This document shows positions 36,391 through 47,340 of a stretch of DNA of 64,000 nt, one piece after another. Made by a program: the position numbers and the translations under genes. The DNA lies in NCBI GenBank assembly GCA_963514005.1, contig OY740805.1:18104001-18168000 (forward strand), in the 5' to 3' direction. How positions within the stretch are numbered: the stretch's first letter is position 1; each line of letters starts with the position of its first letter. The notes beneath the pieces were generated by a model. The model was not told where the DNA came from. It saw only the letters and a list, made by a program, of their open reading frames with translations, and searched no databases. This DNA is from Raja brachyura (lineage: Eukaryota).

Positions 36391-37607
36391 GCTAATTCAC
36401 GGACCAATTTGCCAGCGACCATCCTCGAGTAAGAATACGAAGGAAAGGTAGTGCAGTTACACAGCACTGGATATCTTTATGCAATGCAAGCCCGAGTGTA
36501 CTCGGGTCATGGCCAATAGTACAAATAAACTTGGCAATGAACAGCTTAATGGTCTGCATATATTGGAGAAAGCCTTCAATGCCCATGAGGGGTGAGCCTT
36601 ATTATATCCATGTTTCTCTAAAAATAGGAAGCACTTTTGTGGCGAAAGGGGCAGCTCGGAGCTTGAAAGGATCTAACCTTATGTGCAGCTTTACATTTGT
36701 TTATAGGCAAAAAGCAAAAAAAAAAACACAATATAAGATTAATACATGATCATAATTATAAACAAAGCCAAGAGATTGTGCTGCACGGTGGCACAGTGGT
36801 AGAGTTGCTGCCTTACAGCACTTGCAACGCCACAGACGTGGGTTTGATTCTGGCTATGAGTGGTCTCTGTACGGAGTTTGTACGTTCTTGTTGATTCACG
36901 TTTTTCTCTCACATCGGTTGTTTCGACAATAATCGACCAGGCACCGGGGTCACTTTAAACGTACGTTTATTGAGCAGGAGTCTCCACACAGGTTAACAAC
37001 CTAGCAAAGAGTCAAGCTCTCTGCCCTTAATTGCAATAGAAACATAGAAACATAGAAAATAGGTGCAGGAGTAGGCCATTCGGCCCTTCAAGCCTGCACC
37101 GCCATTCAATGTGATCATGGCTGATCATCCAACTCAGTATCCCGTACCTGCCTTCTCTCCATACACCCTGATTCCAGAACAAGGGGTCACAGTCTAAGGA
37201 TAAGGGGGAATTCCTTTAGGACCGAAATGAGGAAAACATTCTTTACACAGAGAGTGGTGAGTCTCTGGAATTCTCTGCCACAGAAGGTAGTTGAGGCCAG
37301 TTCATTGGCTATATTTAAGAGGGCATTAGATGTGGCACTTGTGGCTAAAGGGATCAGGGGGTATGGAGAGAAGGCAGGTACGGGATACTGAGTTGGATGA
37401 TCAGCCATGATCACATTGAATGGCGGTGCAGGCTCGAAGGGCCGAATGGCCTACTCCTGCACCTATTTTCTATGTTTCTATGATCCCTTTAGCCACACGT
37501 GCCACATCTAACGCCCTCTTAAATATAGCCAATGAACTGGCCTCAACTACCTTCTGTGGCAGAGAATTCCAGAGACTCACCACTCTCTGTGTAAAGAATG
37601 TTTTCCT

Positions 37608-38233
37608 GAATTGAATTGAATTGAATTGAATTCCTTTATTGTCATTCAGACCTTTCGGTCTGAACGAAATTACGTGCCTGCAGTCATACATATATAAAAA
37701 TAACAATACCGTACAATAAACACAAAATTAACATCCACCACAGTGAGTTCACCAAACCTCCTCACTGTGGTGGAAGGCAAAAGTCTTAGGGTCACTGTCT
37801 TTCTCCCCTCCTTATTCTCCCTCTGCGCTGAGGAGATCCCGGCCTCCGCCACCGCTGACGCCGGAACACCGCCACAGGCCCGCTGCTGGAACACCGCCAC
37901 AGGGCCCGCCGCTGGAACACCGCCACAGGGCCCGCCGCTGGAACCCCGCCACAGGGCCCGCCGCTGGAACACCGCCACAGGGCCCGCCGCTGGAACACCG
38001 CCCCAGGGCCCGCCGTTGGAACACCGCCCCAGGGCCCGCCGCTGGAACACCGCCACAGGGCCCGCCGCCGGAACGTCGCTGGAGCACCGCAGCTCCCGAG
38101 ACCCAGGTCGCCGCTGGAGCACCGCAGCTCAGAGGGAACCAGGCCGCCGCTGGAGCACCGCAGCTCTCGAATCCCAGGCCGCCGCTGGAGCACCGCAGCT
38201 CTCGAATCCCAGGCCGCCGCTGGAGCACCGCAG
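37608..38233 (-). mobile_element. VNTR-containing non-coding retroelement with (TTCAA)n tail
   Basis: 12-bp TSD GAATGTTTTCCT at 37596-37607 and 38234-38245. The minus strand ends TGACAATAAAGGAA(TTCAA)n. Confidence 0.8.
37858..38232. repeat. GC-rich compound minisatellite (26-bp then 35-bp units)
   Basis: About 8 copies of GCCGCTGGAACACCGCCACAGGGCCC, then about 4.5 copies of GCCGCTGGAGCACCGCAGCTCTCGAATCCCAGGCC. Confidence 0.95.
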
Positions 38234-38707
38234 GAATGTTTTCCTCATTTCGGTCCTAAAGGAATTCCCCCTTATCCTTAGACTGTGACCCCTTGTTCTG
38301 GACTCCCCCAACATCGGGAACAATCTTCCAGCATCTAGCTTGTCCAACCCCTTAAGACTTGGGCTTGTCCAACCCCAATGCTTTATATATGTTAATGCCA
38401 CCGTTTAGCCCCTCCCACATTACCCAATTAACCAACAGACCTGTACATAATGGTCATGATAACAGGCACGTACGCAATGGGAGATGTTAATTAGTGGAAC
38501 AACACTAGAGCTAAGACAGGGACATTTCTCAGACTTTCGGGAGCCAGTGGTTTGCATATTCTTCAGCCTTCTGAAAATCAGCCACCTCAATCAGACGGGT
38601 GCGAGGAATATCAAAGTAGCGATCAGCAGATCAGCATCAGCAGGATAATGTGTATTTCTCAGGATCACAACTTTCTGAAACCTGCAGCCACATAGTCAGC
38701 AACTTTG

Positions 38708-38897
38708 TGTTAAAGAAGGAACTGCAGATGCTGGAGAATCGAGGGTTACACAAAAAGCTGGAGAAACTCAGCGGGTGCAGCAGCATCTAAGTAGCGAAGG
38801 AGATAGGCGACGTTTCGGGTCGAAAACCCGAAACGTCGCCTATCTCCTTCGCTCCTTAGATGCTGCTGCACCCGCTGAGTTTCTCCAGCTTTTTGTG
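38708..38897 (-). mobile_element. Short Penelope-derived fold-back element
   Basis: 15-bp TSD TAGTCAGCAACTTTG at 38693-38707 and 38898-38912. Inverted arms are centred near 38823. Confidence 0.85.
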
Positions 38898-40240
38898 TAG
38901 TCAGCAACTTTGGTCAGCAGAGATTTTAAGTTTCAACCCAGTTCGCCTGACCTCCATTTTCCCTTCACAGAACCATTTTACAGTGTTGATTCAAGATTTA
39001 CATTCACATTCTCACCGTGATCTGTGTGGGTTTTCCCCGCTATCTTCAGTTTCCACACACGCTCCAAAGGCGTACAGGTTTGTAGGTTAATTGGCTCGGT
39101 ATAAATGTAAATAGTCCCCAGTGCGTGTAGGATATTGTTAATGTGTTGGGATCACTGGTTGGTGCAGACTCCGTGGGCTGAAGGGCCTGTTTCTGCACTG
39201 TATCTCTAAACTAAACTAAATCAAACTTGCACTAAGGAGGTTCCCAAAGAGTTCAGCCATCCAATAACTCAGCCTAATAAGGTGGAACGAGGAACTGCTT
39301 GGTCTACTGAAAATGCATAGAGGTTTGGAGAGAGTTGCCATAATCACTGATGGAAACATTTCAGCGCACAATACTAATGACAACAGGGTAGCGTGGTGGC
39401 ACAGCGGTGGAGCTGCTGCTTCACAGCTCCAGAGACCTGGGTTCGATCCTGACTCCGGGTGCTGTCAGTACGGAGTTTGTACATTTTCGCTGTGAATGTG
39501 AGGGTTTTCTCTGGGTGCTGCAGTTTCCTCCAACACTCCAAAGACACACATGTTTGTAGGTTAATTGGCTTCGGTAAAAATTGTAGATTGTACCTCGTAT
39601 GTAGGATTGTGCTGATGTACAGAGATTGCTGGTCAATGTGGGTACAGTGGGCTGAAGGGCCTGTTTTCATGCTTTATCTCTAACCTATACGAAATAATTG
39701 TCCTTGTAACAAATATGAGCTTATTTCACACCTGGGGCATAGATCCAGGGTTTCTTTCCTTTCATCTTAATTCCAGGTTCTCTGATAGGAAGAGCCATCC
39801 ATAAGATAGGATCAGGTTGGGATTCTGCAGTGGTGTTTCTGGCACAGGCATAATTCTTCCAACTTTTGTAAACATATTGCTGCCTCAAAGTGCCATAGAC
39901 CAAGGTACAAGCCTGCTGTCTGTATGGAGGTTGTACTTTTTCCCCGTGACCGCATGAGGTTTCTCAGAGATCTTGGTTTCCTCCCACACTTGAAAGACAT
40001 ACAGGTTTGTAGGCTAATTGGCTTTATATAAATATAAATTGTCCCTAGTGTGTGTGGGATAATGTTAATGTGCGGGTATCACTGGTCAGTGCGGACTGGC
40101 TGGGCCGAAGTGCCTGTTTCCATGCTTCCATTGTCCACGTCATGCTCCTCGTCCTTCCATTTTCCTCTTTGGGAAGCGGGAGCAAAGTAGAAGGGGTAAC
40201 ACAGCTCCCTCTCACTATGTGGAGATGCTACCAGACCCTT

Positions 40241-40775
40241 GGTCCGGTACCCGGACGTGGCACTGACGGACGAGAAGCTGAAGCAAAGACGTCGAAGCCA
40301 AAGAACCAAATAGAAATGAGGCCGAAACGCCAATAAACCGAATGAGGACGAAGACGAAACCCCTACTAACCGAAAGGATGGGACGCCTAAACACAAAGTA
40401 ACCAAAAGGGTGGGACGCCTAAAAGCCAACGAGCCGAAAAGCTGCATCGCCAAAAGCAAACTTACCGAATGGCTGCTCTGTCGAAACACCACCTATCCGA
40501 AAGGCGGCATCACCTCCAAGCTAAAGGACCGACTACCGCTCAACAGATCAGTCCAATAACGGTCTTGACGTTGCCGGGGGCGGGACTTGTCAGCGATTGG
40601 TCCAGACCCCCGCGTCCATCACATCACTGTGAACGGATGAACATTGTCCCACATCTCGGCTCCATCCGACCCGCAGCCCACAGAGTGTGGTCGTGGGAGA
40701 GTGGGGGCTGAACCGAGGGGTGCGCACCTTCGGCCGCTTTCAACTTGGTGCTTGGGTTCGGATTACCCAGTCACC
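40241..40775. repeat. CpG-rich element with a 16-bp-phased CCGAA array (probable DNA transposon end)
   Basis: Fifteen CCGAA-like pentamers between 40278 and 40501, mostly at 16-bp spacing. Inverted TTCGG motifs occur near 40729-40761. Confidence 0.55.
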
Positions 40776-41702
40776 TATGGCTTGTGTGGGGAAAATGAAC
40801 CCCACGCTCCCGTCTCCCCTCTTCTCTCTCTCCCCCTTCTCTCTCCCCCCTCTGTCTTCCCCCTCTCTCTCACCTGGTCTTGGATCAAAAACTTGTACTG
40901 AAGTCCCCACATTCTGTCCACACCTTGTTAATCTGTTGCTGCCACGTTTTTATTTCACTATTGGCCATGACCCGAGTATACCCGGGGGTGGCAACTGAAC
41001 AGATTAATCAGGAACAGTTTCCTAGGAAACGGCAAGCAGATGGACCTAAAGATCGTAGCCTGTGTATTATCCAGAGATGCTGCCCGACCGGCTGAGTTAC
41101 CCCAACACTTTGTGTCTTTCTTAATTTTAGGAAGGAACTGCGGATGCTGATTGAAACCGAAGATTAACACAAAAAGCTGGAGTCACTCAGTGGGTCAGGC
41201 AGCAAGTCTGGAGAAAGGGAATAGGTGATGTTTCTGGTTGAGACCTCCTTCACACCTGCCACCAAAATGTCACATTCCTTTTCACCTGAGATGCTGAGTG
41301 ACTCCAGCTTCTGGTGTCTATCTTGTGTCCTTCTTAAATTGTGTTGACTTCATGCATGTGGCAATCAGGTGGTTTATATTATTGGCAGAAAATCCCATTG
41401 AAAGTAGGAAGTATTCTGCATTATAAGCACAGGTGGAATGGATATGCACATGTTACAATGTCCTGGTACATTGTCCTGTTACCGTGACTCCCATTACTTA
41501 TGTATGAGTTATTTAATCACCAGTTCCAGTGTGAAGAAGGATGAGAATGGCAAAGGAATGGAAGCTTGCATAACCAAAAAGGTGATAAACTTAACTAGAA
41601 AGAAACAAAAAGAAAGTGCATGTAAGGATCAGGAGGATGGAATCAGGCAGGAGCTATGAGGAATGTAAAGAAAGGAGGGAATAACTCGAGTGGGTGAGTA
41701 GA

Positions 41703-41970
41703 GGGTGGCACAGTGGCACAGCTGGAGAGTTGCTGCCTTGCAGCACCTGCAGCGTTGGAGACCCGCCTTTGATCCTGACTACGGGTGCTGCCTGTAAGGA
41801 GTTTGTACGCTCTCCCCATGACTACGTGGGTTTTCTCCGAGATCTTCGGTTTCCTCCCGCACTCCAAAGACGTACAGGTATGTAGGTAAATCGGCTTAGA
41901 ATAAATGTAAATTGTCCCTAGTGTGGGCTGAAGGGCCTGTTTCTGCGCTGTATCTCTAAAGCTTAAAACT
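41703..41970 (+). mobile_element. HE1-type SINE
   Basis: Head, V-domain and tail present, with a short internal deletion near the 3' end. Confidence 0.88.
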
Positions 41971-42269
41971 AAAGGGGCCAATAGAGGCTACAAAGTGGCT
42001 TTGGCGAGTCGGATTACAGAAAATCCCACATATTTTTCAAGGTTTCAAGGTCAGTTTATTGTCACATGTACCAATTAAGGTTCAACGAAATTCAGATTAC
42101 AATACAGTCACACTTAAAAAAAAAGCAAAGGCCGCCAACACCTCGATGTTAGGCCCCAGTGTGGCCGGAGATACGATACCAAAAAAAACAGCTTCTACAT
42201 CGAGGTAAGAGATTAGAAAAAGTTTCCTCCATCCCCCAACCCCCACCCAAAACAAGCTATGAACACTAA

Positions 42270-42592
42270 TGGGCCTGTCCCACTTAGGCGATTTTTCAGG
42301 CAACTGCAGGTGACTAGTTTATTTCCACATGCTCGCCGGTGGTCGCCGGGGGTAGTCTCAGTCACGGAAAACGTTGTAGTGTCTTTCTGCTCACCGCTAA
42401 ATTTTGAACGTTGAAAATTTTACAGCGACAGTGGGTTTGACTCCATTGAGCAGAGCTTAACTTCTCCTGACATAGGTGCTGTCGTAGGTTGTCGCCAGGA
42501 TGACGTAGGTTGTTACTGCTTTTTCGTCGACCTGCTACAGCTATGACAGTTGCCGGCAGTTGCCTAAAAAATCACCAAGTGGGACAGGCCCA
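42270..42592. mobile_element. PIF/Harbinger-type MITE, family C
   Basis: TIR TGGGCCTGTCCCACTTAGGCGATTTTTCAGGCAACTGC / GCAGTTGCCTAAAAAATCACCAAGTGGGACAGGCCCA, flanked by TAA and TGA. Confidence 0.8.
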
Positions 42593-42829
42593 TGAAGACA
42601 TACATTCAATACATACAAAACCGACACAAAGAAGGAAGGGACAGGCAGAGTTTTGGCGAGGCATCCATTGCACCAAAACACGAGGGAGAAGGTGGGATTG
42701 CTTAAAGATGTAGCGGCGAATATGTGCTTGGTGTTTTTGGACGGAGGCGAGGTACGAAACAAATACTTTGCATTTGGTTTCACCAAGAAAGACATGGAGA
42801 AAAGTAAGGACTTTTAATAGTAAGTACAG

Positions 42830-43622
42830 CATGTAATCCTCCAACATTTTCACCACCTGCAACAGGATCTGACTACTGGCCACATCTTCCCATCTCCACC
42901 ACTTTCTGCTTTCCGCAGAGATCGTTCCCTCCGAAACTCCCTGGTCAACTCGTCCCTTCGCACCCGAACGACCCACTCCCCCGATACTTTCTCCTGCATC
43001 CGCAGGAAATGCAACACCCGTTCCTTTACCTCCCCCCTCGACTACATCCATGAACCCAAAGTCTTTCCAGGTGAGGCAGAGGTTCACTTGCTCCTCCCCC
43101 AACCTCATCTACTGTATCTGCTGTTTCAGTTGTCAACTTCTCTACATCAGCGAGACCAAGCGCAGGCTCGGCGAACGTTTTGCTGAACACCTCCACTCAG
43201 TCCGTCTTATCCTACCTGATCTCCCAGTGGCTCAGCACTTGAACTCCCCCTCCCATTCCCAATCTGACCTTTCTGTCCTGGGCCTCCTCGATTGTCAGAG
43301 TGAGGCCCAGCACAAATTGGAGGAACAGCACCTCGTATTTCGCTTGGGCAGTCTACACTTCAGCGTTATGAACATTGACTTCTATAACTTTCGATAGCCC
43401 TCCATTTATCTCTCCATCCCCTCCCCCTTTGCAATTCTCCCACCAGTCTTACTGTCACCGCCTACATTCTATCTTTGTCCCTCCCCTGACATCAGTCTGA
43501 AGAAGGGTCTCGACCCAAAATAACGCCCATTCCTTCTCTCCAGAGAAGCTGCCTGACCTGCTGAGTTACTCCAGCATTTAGTGTCTACCTTCGATTTTAA
43601 CATCTGCAGTTCTTTCTTACAC
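42830..43622 (+). mobile_element. Penelope-like element 3' fragment (GIY-YIG endonuclease plus terminal repeat)
   Basis: ORF 43050-43397: NLIYCICCFSCQLLYISETKRRLGERFAEHL..EEQHLVFRLGSL. Confidence 0.9.
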
Positions 43623-43744
43623 ATGGAGAATCAATGTGGAGAATGTTAACATGCAGGGGCACTTTGAAGTTAAGTAAGAAGGAGATGTGGGGTCACTTCA
43701 AGAGAAATGTGGGTAAATCCCCAGGATAGAGGGGTGTAGTGGAT

Positions 43745-44190
43745 GATAATAATAATACTAATCGTTGATAACATTAGTGCCATGCTGGTTTCTGACGGGC
43801 ACGATGACGGATGCAACACACATCTCTGTCCTCTATTCAGCTGGCAAGCTCCTCTTTTGTCTCTGCAGATGGGTCTTCCATAAACATCTTCAGCATCGTC
43901 TTGATTGGTCGTCCCGGGTCGAGTCTTACATGGGTGGGTTCCCACAGCACAACTTTGTTTGCTGGCATTTCTGGGTGGCGGTGGCAGTGACCTGCGAGCC
44001 TCATCCTTCTCAACGTGATCTTCTCGGCCAGAGGTGGAGTCTCCCCATGGAGCTGGGCATTGGTGATGTGGTTTTGAACTATTCTGAGCATTCGGGTGTA
44101 GGTACCATCGAGAGACGGACAGTGCTGGAGTGAGAGTCCATGCCTCACACCCGTACAATAATATGGTCTCTACAGTTGCACGGAAGGCCA
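43745..44190 (-). mobile_element. RTE-clade LINE 3' fragment
   Basis: FRATVETILLYGCEAWTL, LDGTYTRMLR and RMRLAGHCHRHPE..VVLWEP..GRP, with an (ATT)n-like tail. Sits inside a CR1 remnant. Confidence 0.8.
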
Positions 44191-44330
44191 AATATTCAGG
44201 GTGTAGTTCAGTGACAAGTAGAGTTCTGCAGGGGTCTGTGCTGTGAACCTTGCTACTTGTGACATATATAAATGACTTGGACCCTGGTGTCATAACAATT
44301 AATCAAATAATGATTTTGTCTTTCTTTCAG

Positions 44331-44606
44331 ATTATCACTATATTCAAGGACAGTTTGGTTGTGAGGTGAACGATCACAGTCCCAATGTAGGGATATTGAA
44401 GTTGGCTTATGATGGAAGATATGCATTTAGTTTTGATAAGAACACACTAAAGTGGACAGTGCATGATCCAGTAGCTGAGCCCTTCAAAGAGAAATGGGAC
44501 AAGAATGTAAAAATGAACCGTTATTTCAAGAGCTTGTTAGAAAATGACTGTGTGGAACGATGGCATACATACTATGCAATTGGAAAGACATACCTGACCA
44601 GGGAAG
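44331..44606 (+). CDS. MHC class I heavy chain exon 3 (alpha2 domain)
   Basis: 276-nt open exon bounded by tttctttcag| and |gtgagt, phase 1/1. DYHYIQGQFGCE..LAYDG..FDKNTLKW..KEKWD..LENDCVE..TYY with the C101-C164 pair. Confidence 0.95.
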
Positions 44607-44919
44607 GTGAGTTCAGAACAAAGGATGTTGTTTTTTGATCGTGGGCGATGAGTAATATTTCACTCTGAGGCAATGAGTAATATTATCTCTGACCCAATCA
44701 TGACAGAGGGAAAGGTAATTCGGCCCATTTAGTCTATGCTAGTTTTCAATGCAATGTCGACGAACTGCTCAACAGCTCTCTCTCACAACTTGCACTCAGC
44801 TTCCTCGGATTCTCCATTCATTCAGCTCCACTTCAGATAATTTGCAATGTCCAACTAACTTACCGGCACGTCCTTGGTACATGGGACAAAACTGGAGCAC
44901 GTGGAGGAAGCCAACTGAT

Positions 44920-45408
44920 GCATAAGGTCATAAGTGATGTGTGCAGCATTAGAACATTCGGCCCATCAAGTCTACTCCGCCATTCAATCATGGCTGATCT
45001 ATCTCTCCCTCCTAACCCCATTCTCCTGCCTTCTCCCCATAACCCCTAACATGCATAATAATCAAGAATCCATCTATGCCTTAAAAAATATCCATTGACG
45101 GATTCCAAAGCCTTCTGTGGCAAATAATTCTACAGAATCACCACCCTCTGACAAAATAAATTCCACCTCATCTCTTTCCTAAAGGAATGTCCTTTAATAT
45201 TGAGACAATGACCTCTAGTCGTAGACTCTCCCACCAGTGGAGACATTCTCTCCACATCCACTCTATCCAACCCTTTCACTGTTTGATATGATTCAATGAG
45301 GTCCCCCCTTATTCTTCTAAATTCCAGCGAGTACAGGTTCTCTGCCATCAAATGCTCATCATATGTTAACCCATTCATTCCTGGGATCATTCTTGTACAC
45401 CTCTTTTA
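44920..45408 (-). mobile_element. CR1 LINE 3' fragment in MHC intron 3
   Basis: ORF 45130-45390 reads LYSLEFRRIRGDLIESYQTVKGLDRVD. Confidence 0.85.
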
Positions 45409-45559
45409 AACCACGTGGTTGGTTGATGGTGACGAAAGAGGTAAAATGGGGCAGATGTGGACAGTAACTTGGTTGTTGTAGTAAACTGAAGAATATTTTG
45501 TGGTGGGTGACTGTGCAAGTATTACTGAAGTTGAAAATAACCAACTTACTGCCTTGTAG

Positions 45560-45826
45560 TTTCCCCTGAGGTCACTCTCGCTGCCCGCCCTGATGATCAT
45601 TCAGTCCTGTACTGCACTGTGTTTGGATTTTACCCACCGGCCATCAATGTCAGCTGGTTGCAGAATGGTCAACATGTCTCTGAGACCAAATCTTCTGGGA
45701 TCATACCCAACAACGATGGAACATATCATCTAAAGTCTGTCCTTGAGTATGATCCGTATGATGGGAAACAGTATTCCTGTCATGTCGATCACAGCAGCCT
45801 GCCCGGTGGGAAGACCATCATCTGGG
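45560..45826 (+). CDS. MHC class I heavy chain exon 4 (alpha3, Ig C1-set domain)
   Basis: 267-nt open exon bounded by ttgtag| and |gtaaga. VSPEV..LYCTVFGFYPPAINVSWLQNG..IPNNDGTYHL..YSCHVDHSSL..IW. Confidence 0.95.
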
Positions 45827-46134
45827 GTAAGAACGTTAAATATTCTTTCATAGATCATCATTATCGTCTGTTGTTTCCATTTTAATCATTGTGACTACAT
45901 CCCATATTCCAAAATGCGTAAACTTTCTTTGTTCAATGCTGTTGCTCTAAGTAATCACGTAATCAGCACCCACTCTCCACTTGAGCAGAAGACTTTGTCA
46001 ACAGAAAATTTATCAAAATAAATAAATAACTAATATACAAGGAAGGAGTATTTGGGTTTCTCAGTGGTGGAACTGAAATCCCAGAAATGTATGTTTAAAT
46101 AAAAAATGAATCTTTCCTCATGATGTGATTAACA

Positions 46135-46850
46135 GCAAGGCACTGGGGGAGTACATGCCCCAATCCGAATCAATGGTCCGAAGTGGAAATGATTGAGAGC
46201 TTCATGTTCCTTGGCATGAATATATACAATAATCTGTCATGGACTGACCACATAGCCAAGGAGGCACACCGACACCTCTACTTCCTCAGGAGACTGAGAA
46301 CATTCATAATGTCTCTGGCGACTCTAGCAAACATCTATAGATGCCGCTAGAGAAAGCATGTTGTTGGGTTGCATCACATCTTGATTTGGGAACTGCACTG
46401 CCTAAGACTGCAAGAATATACAAAGAGTTAAAGATCGTCACACAAGCCAGACTTCCCACTATTGAGTCAATCTACACCAGGTTGCCTTGGTCCACCCTGG
46501 TCATTCCTCCTTCCTGCTCCCATCACACAATTGGTATAGGAAGTTGAAAATATGCACTGCCAGGCTCGGGAACACCCCCTTTCCATCTGTTATCAGGCTT
46601 CGGAAGGGTCCTTCCATAATGTAGGTTTAATGCCCGATTCACCTCAACCTCATTGCACATTGAACATTGTCTATGGAACGGATGCGTTACAATGTTGAGA
46701 ACTATATTCTGTACTCTGTATCCTCCTCTTTGCTCTATCTATTATTTTGTATTTGTATTTATGTATAGTCTTATCTAATTTCTTTGGATAGCATACAAAC
46801 ACCACCTTTTCACTGTGTCTTGAAACATCTGGCATTAATAAAACTAAACC
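46135..46850 (+). mobile_element. Rex1/Babar-like LINE 3' fragment
   Basis: Homologous to 8565-9315 (INGPKWK..ESFMFLG..HLYFLRRLR) with a TAAAC-like tail. Confidence 0.7.
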
Positions 46851-47320
46851 TAATGAAGTAAGTTCAGTGACACAAGTTACAGCTTCTGCAACGAACAATA
46901 TAACTGCCTGACAAACAGTGATCATAACAGATTGATTCAATGTATGCTGCACTAACCTACACAAATGCTCACTTTTGAAGATTCCATCGAACAATGCACA
47001 ACTAAGCAATCTGATGTTTCACTCTGAAGACTGTTGACATACTCCAAAACTTAATTTCCAACCTATCTATGTATCATCAGCAATCTAGGCTACAGCACCA
47101 TCAGTCCCTTCATCTGCTCTTAATGCCAACGATAAGTAGTTCACTTTCTTGCATTGATTCCCAACTTGCAGATGCAGTTTCGCAACCTGAACACTCCTTT
47201 AAGACAACTCTCTGCTTGCTCTTAATTGTTTTTCCATTCATGCTAATTATTACCCCCAGTGTCATAAGCCATGTGCCTTTGCATCAATTGATCAGATATC
47301 TTATGAAATTCCAGATATTC

Positions 47321-47340
47321 TGGCGACATCTGGTGGTCGG
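47321..47340 (-). promoter_or_regulatory. Candidate CTCF site
   Basis: The minus strand reads CCGACCACCAGATGTCGCCA, close to the CCACCAG(G/A)(G/T)GGCGC core. Confidence 0.45.

Larger units (their letters stand above)
37037..38376. mobile_element. Young CR1 3' ends in both orientations
   Basis: Minus copy (37037-37174, 37481-37607, 38234-38356) interrupted by a plus copy (37175-37480). Both have (TTTCTATG)n tails. Confidence 0.85.
36889..39008 (-). mobile_element. Solo LTR splitting an HE1 SINE and carrying nested insertions
   Basis: TG..CA termini and 4-bp TSD TTCT (36885-36888, 39009-39012). SINE halves 36783-36888 and 39009-39225 rejoin. Minus-strand TATA-like (about 38382-38390) and AATAAA (about 36966-36971) motifs are present. 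Confidence 0.7.

Noticed and set aside
37858-38232. CRISPR-like repeat array
   Set aside because: The units are contiguous with no unique spacers, the context is eukaryotic, and there are no cas genes.
37670-38288. Overlapping 130-180 aa ORFs on both strands
   Set aside because: They are translations of a stop-poor GC-rich minisatellite inside a TSD-flanked insertion.
40278-40501. CRISPR interpretation of the phased array
   Set aside because: 5-bp repeats and 11-bp spacers are far too short, and there is no leader or cas gene.
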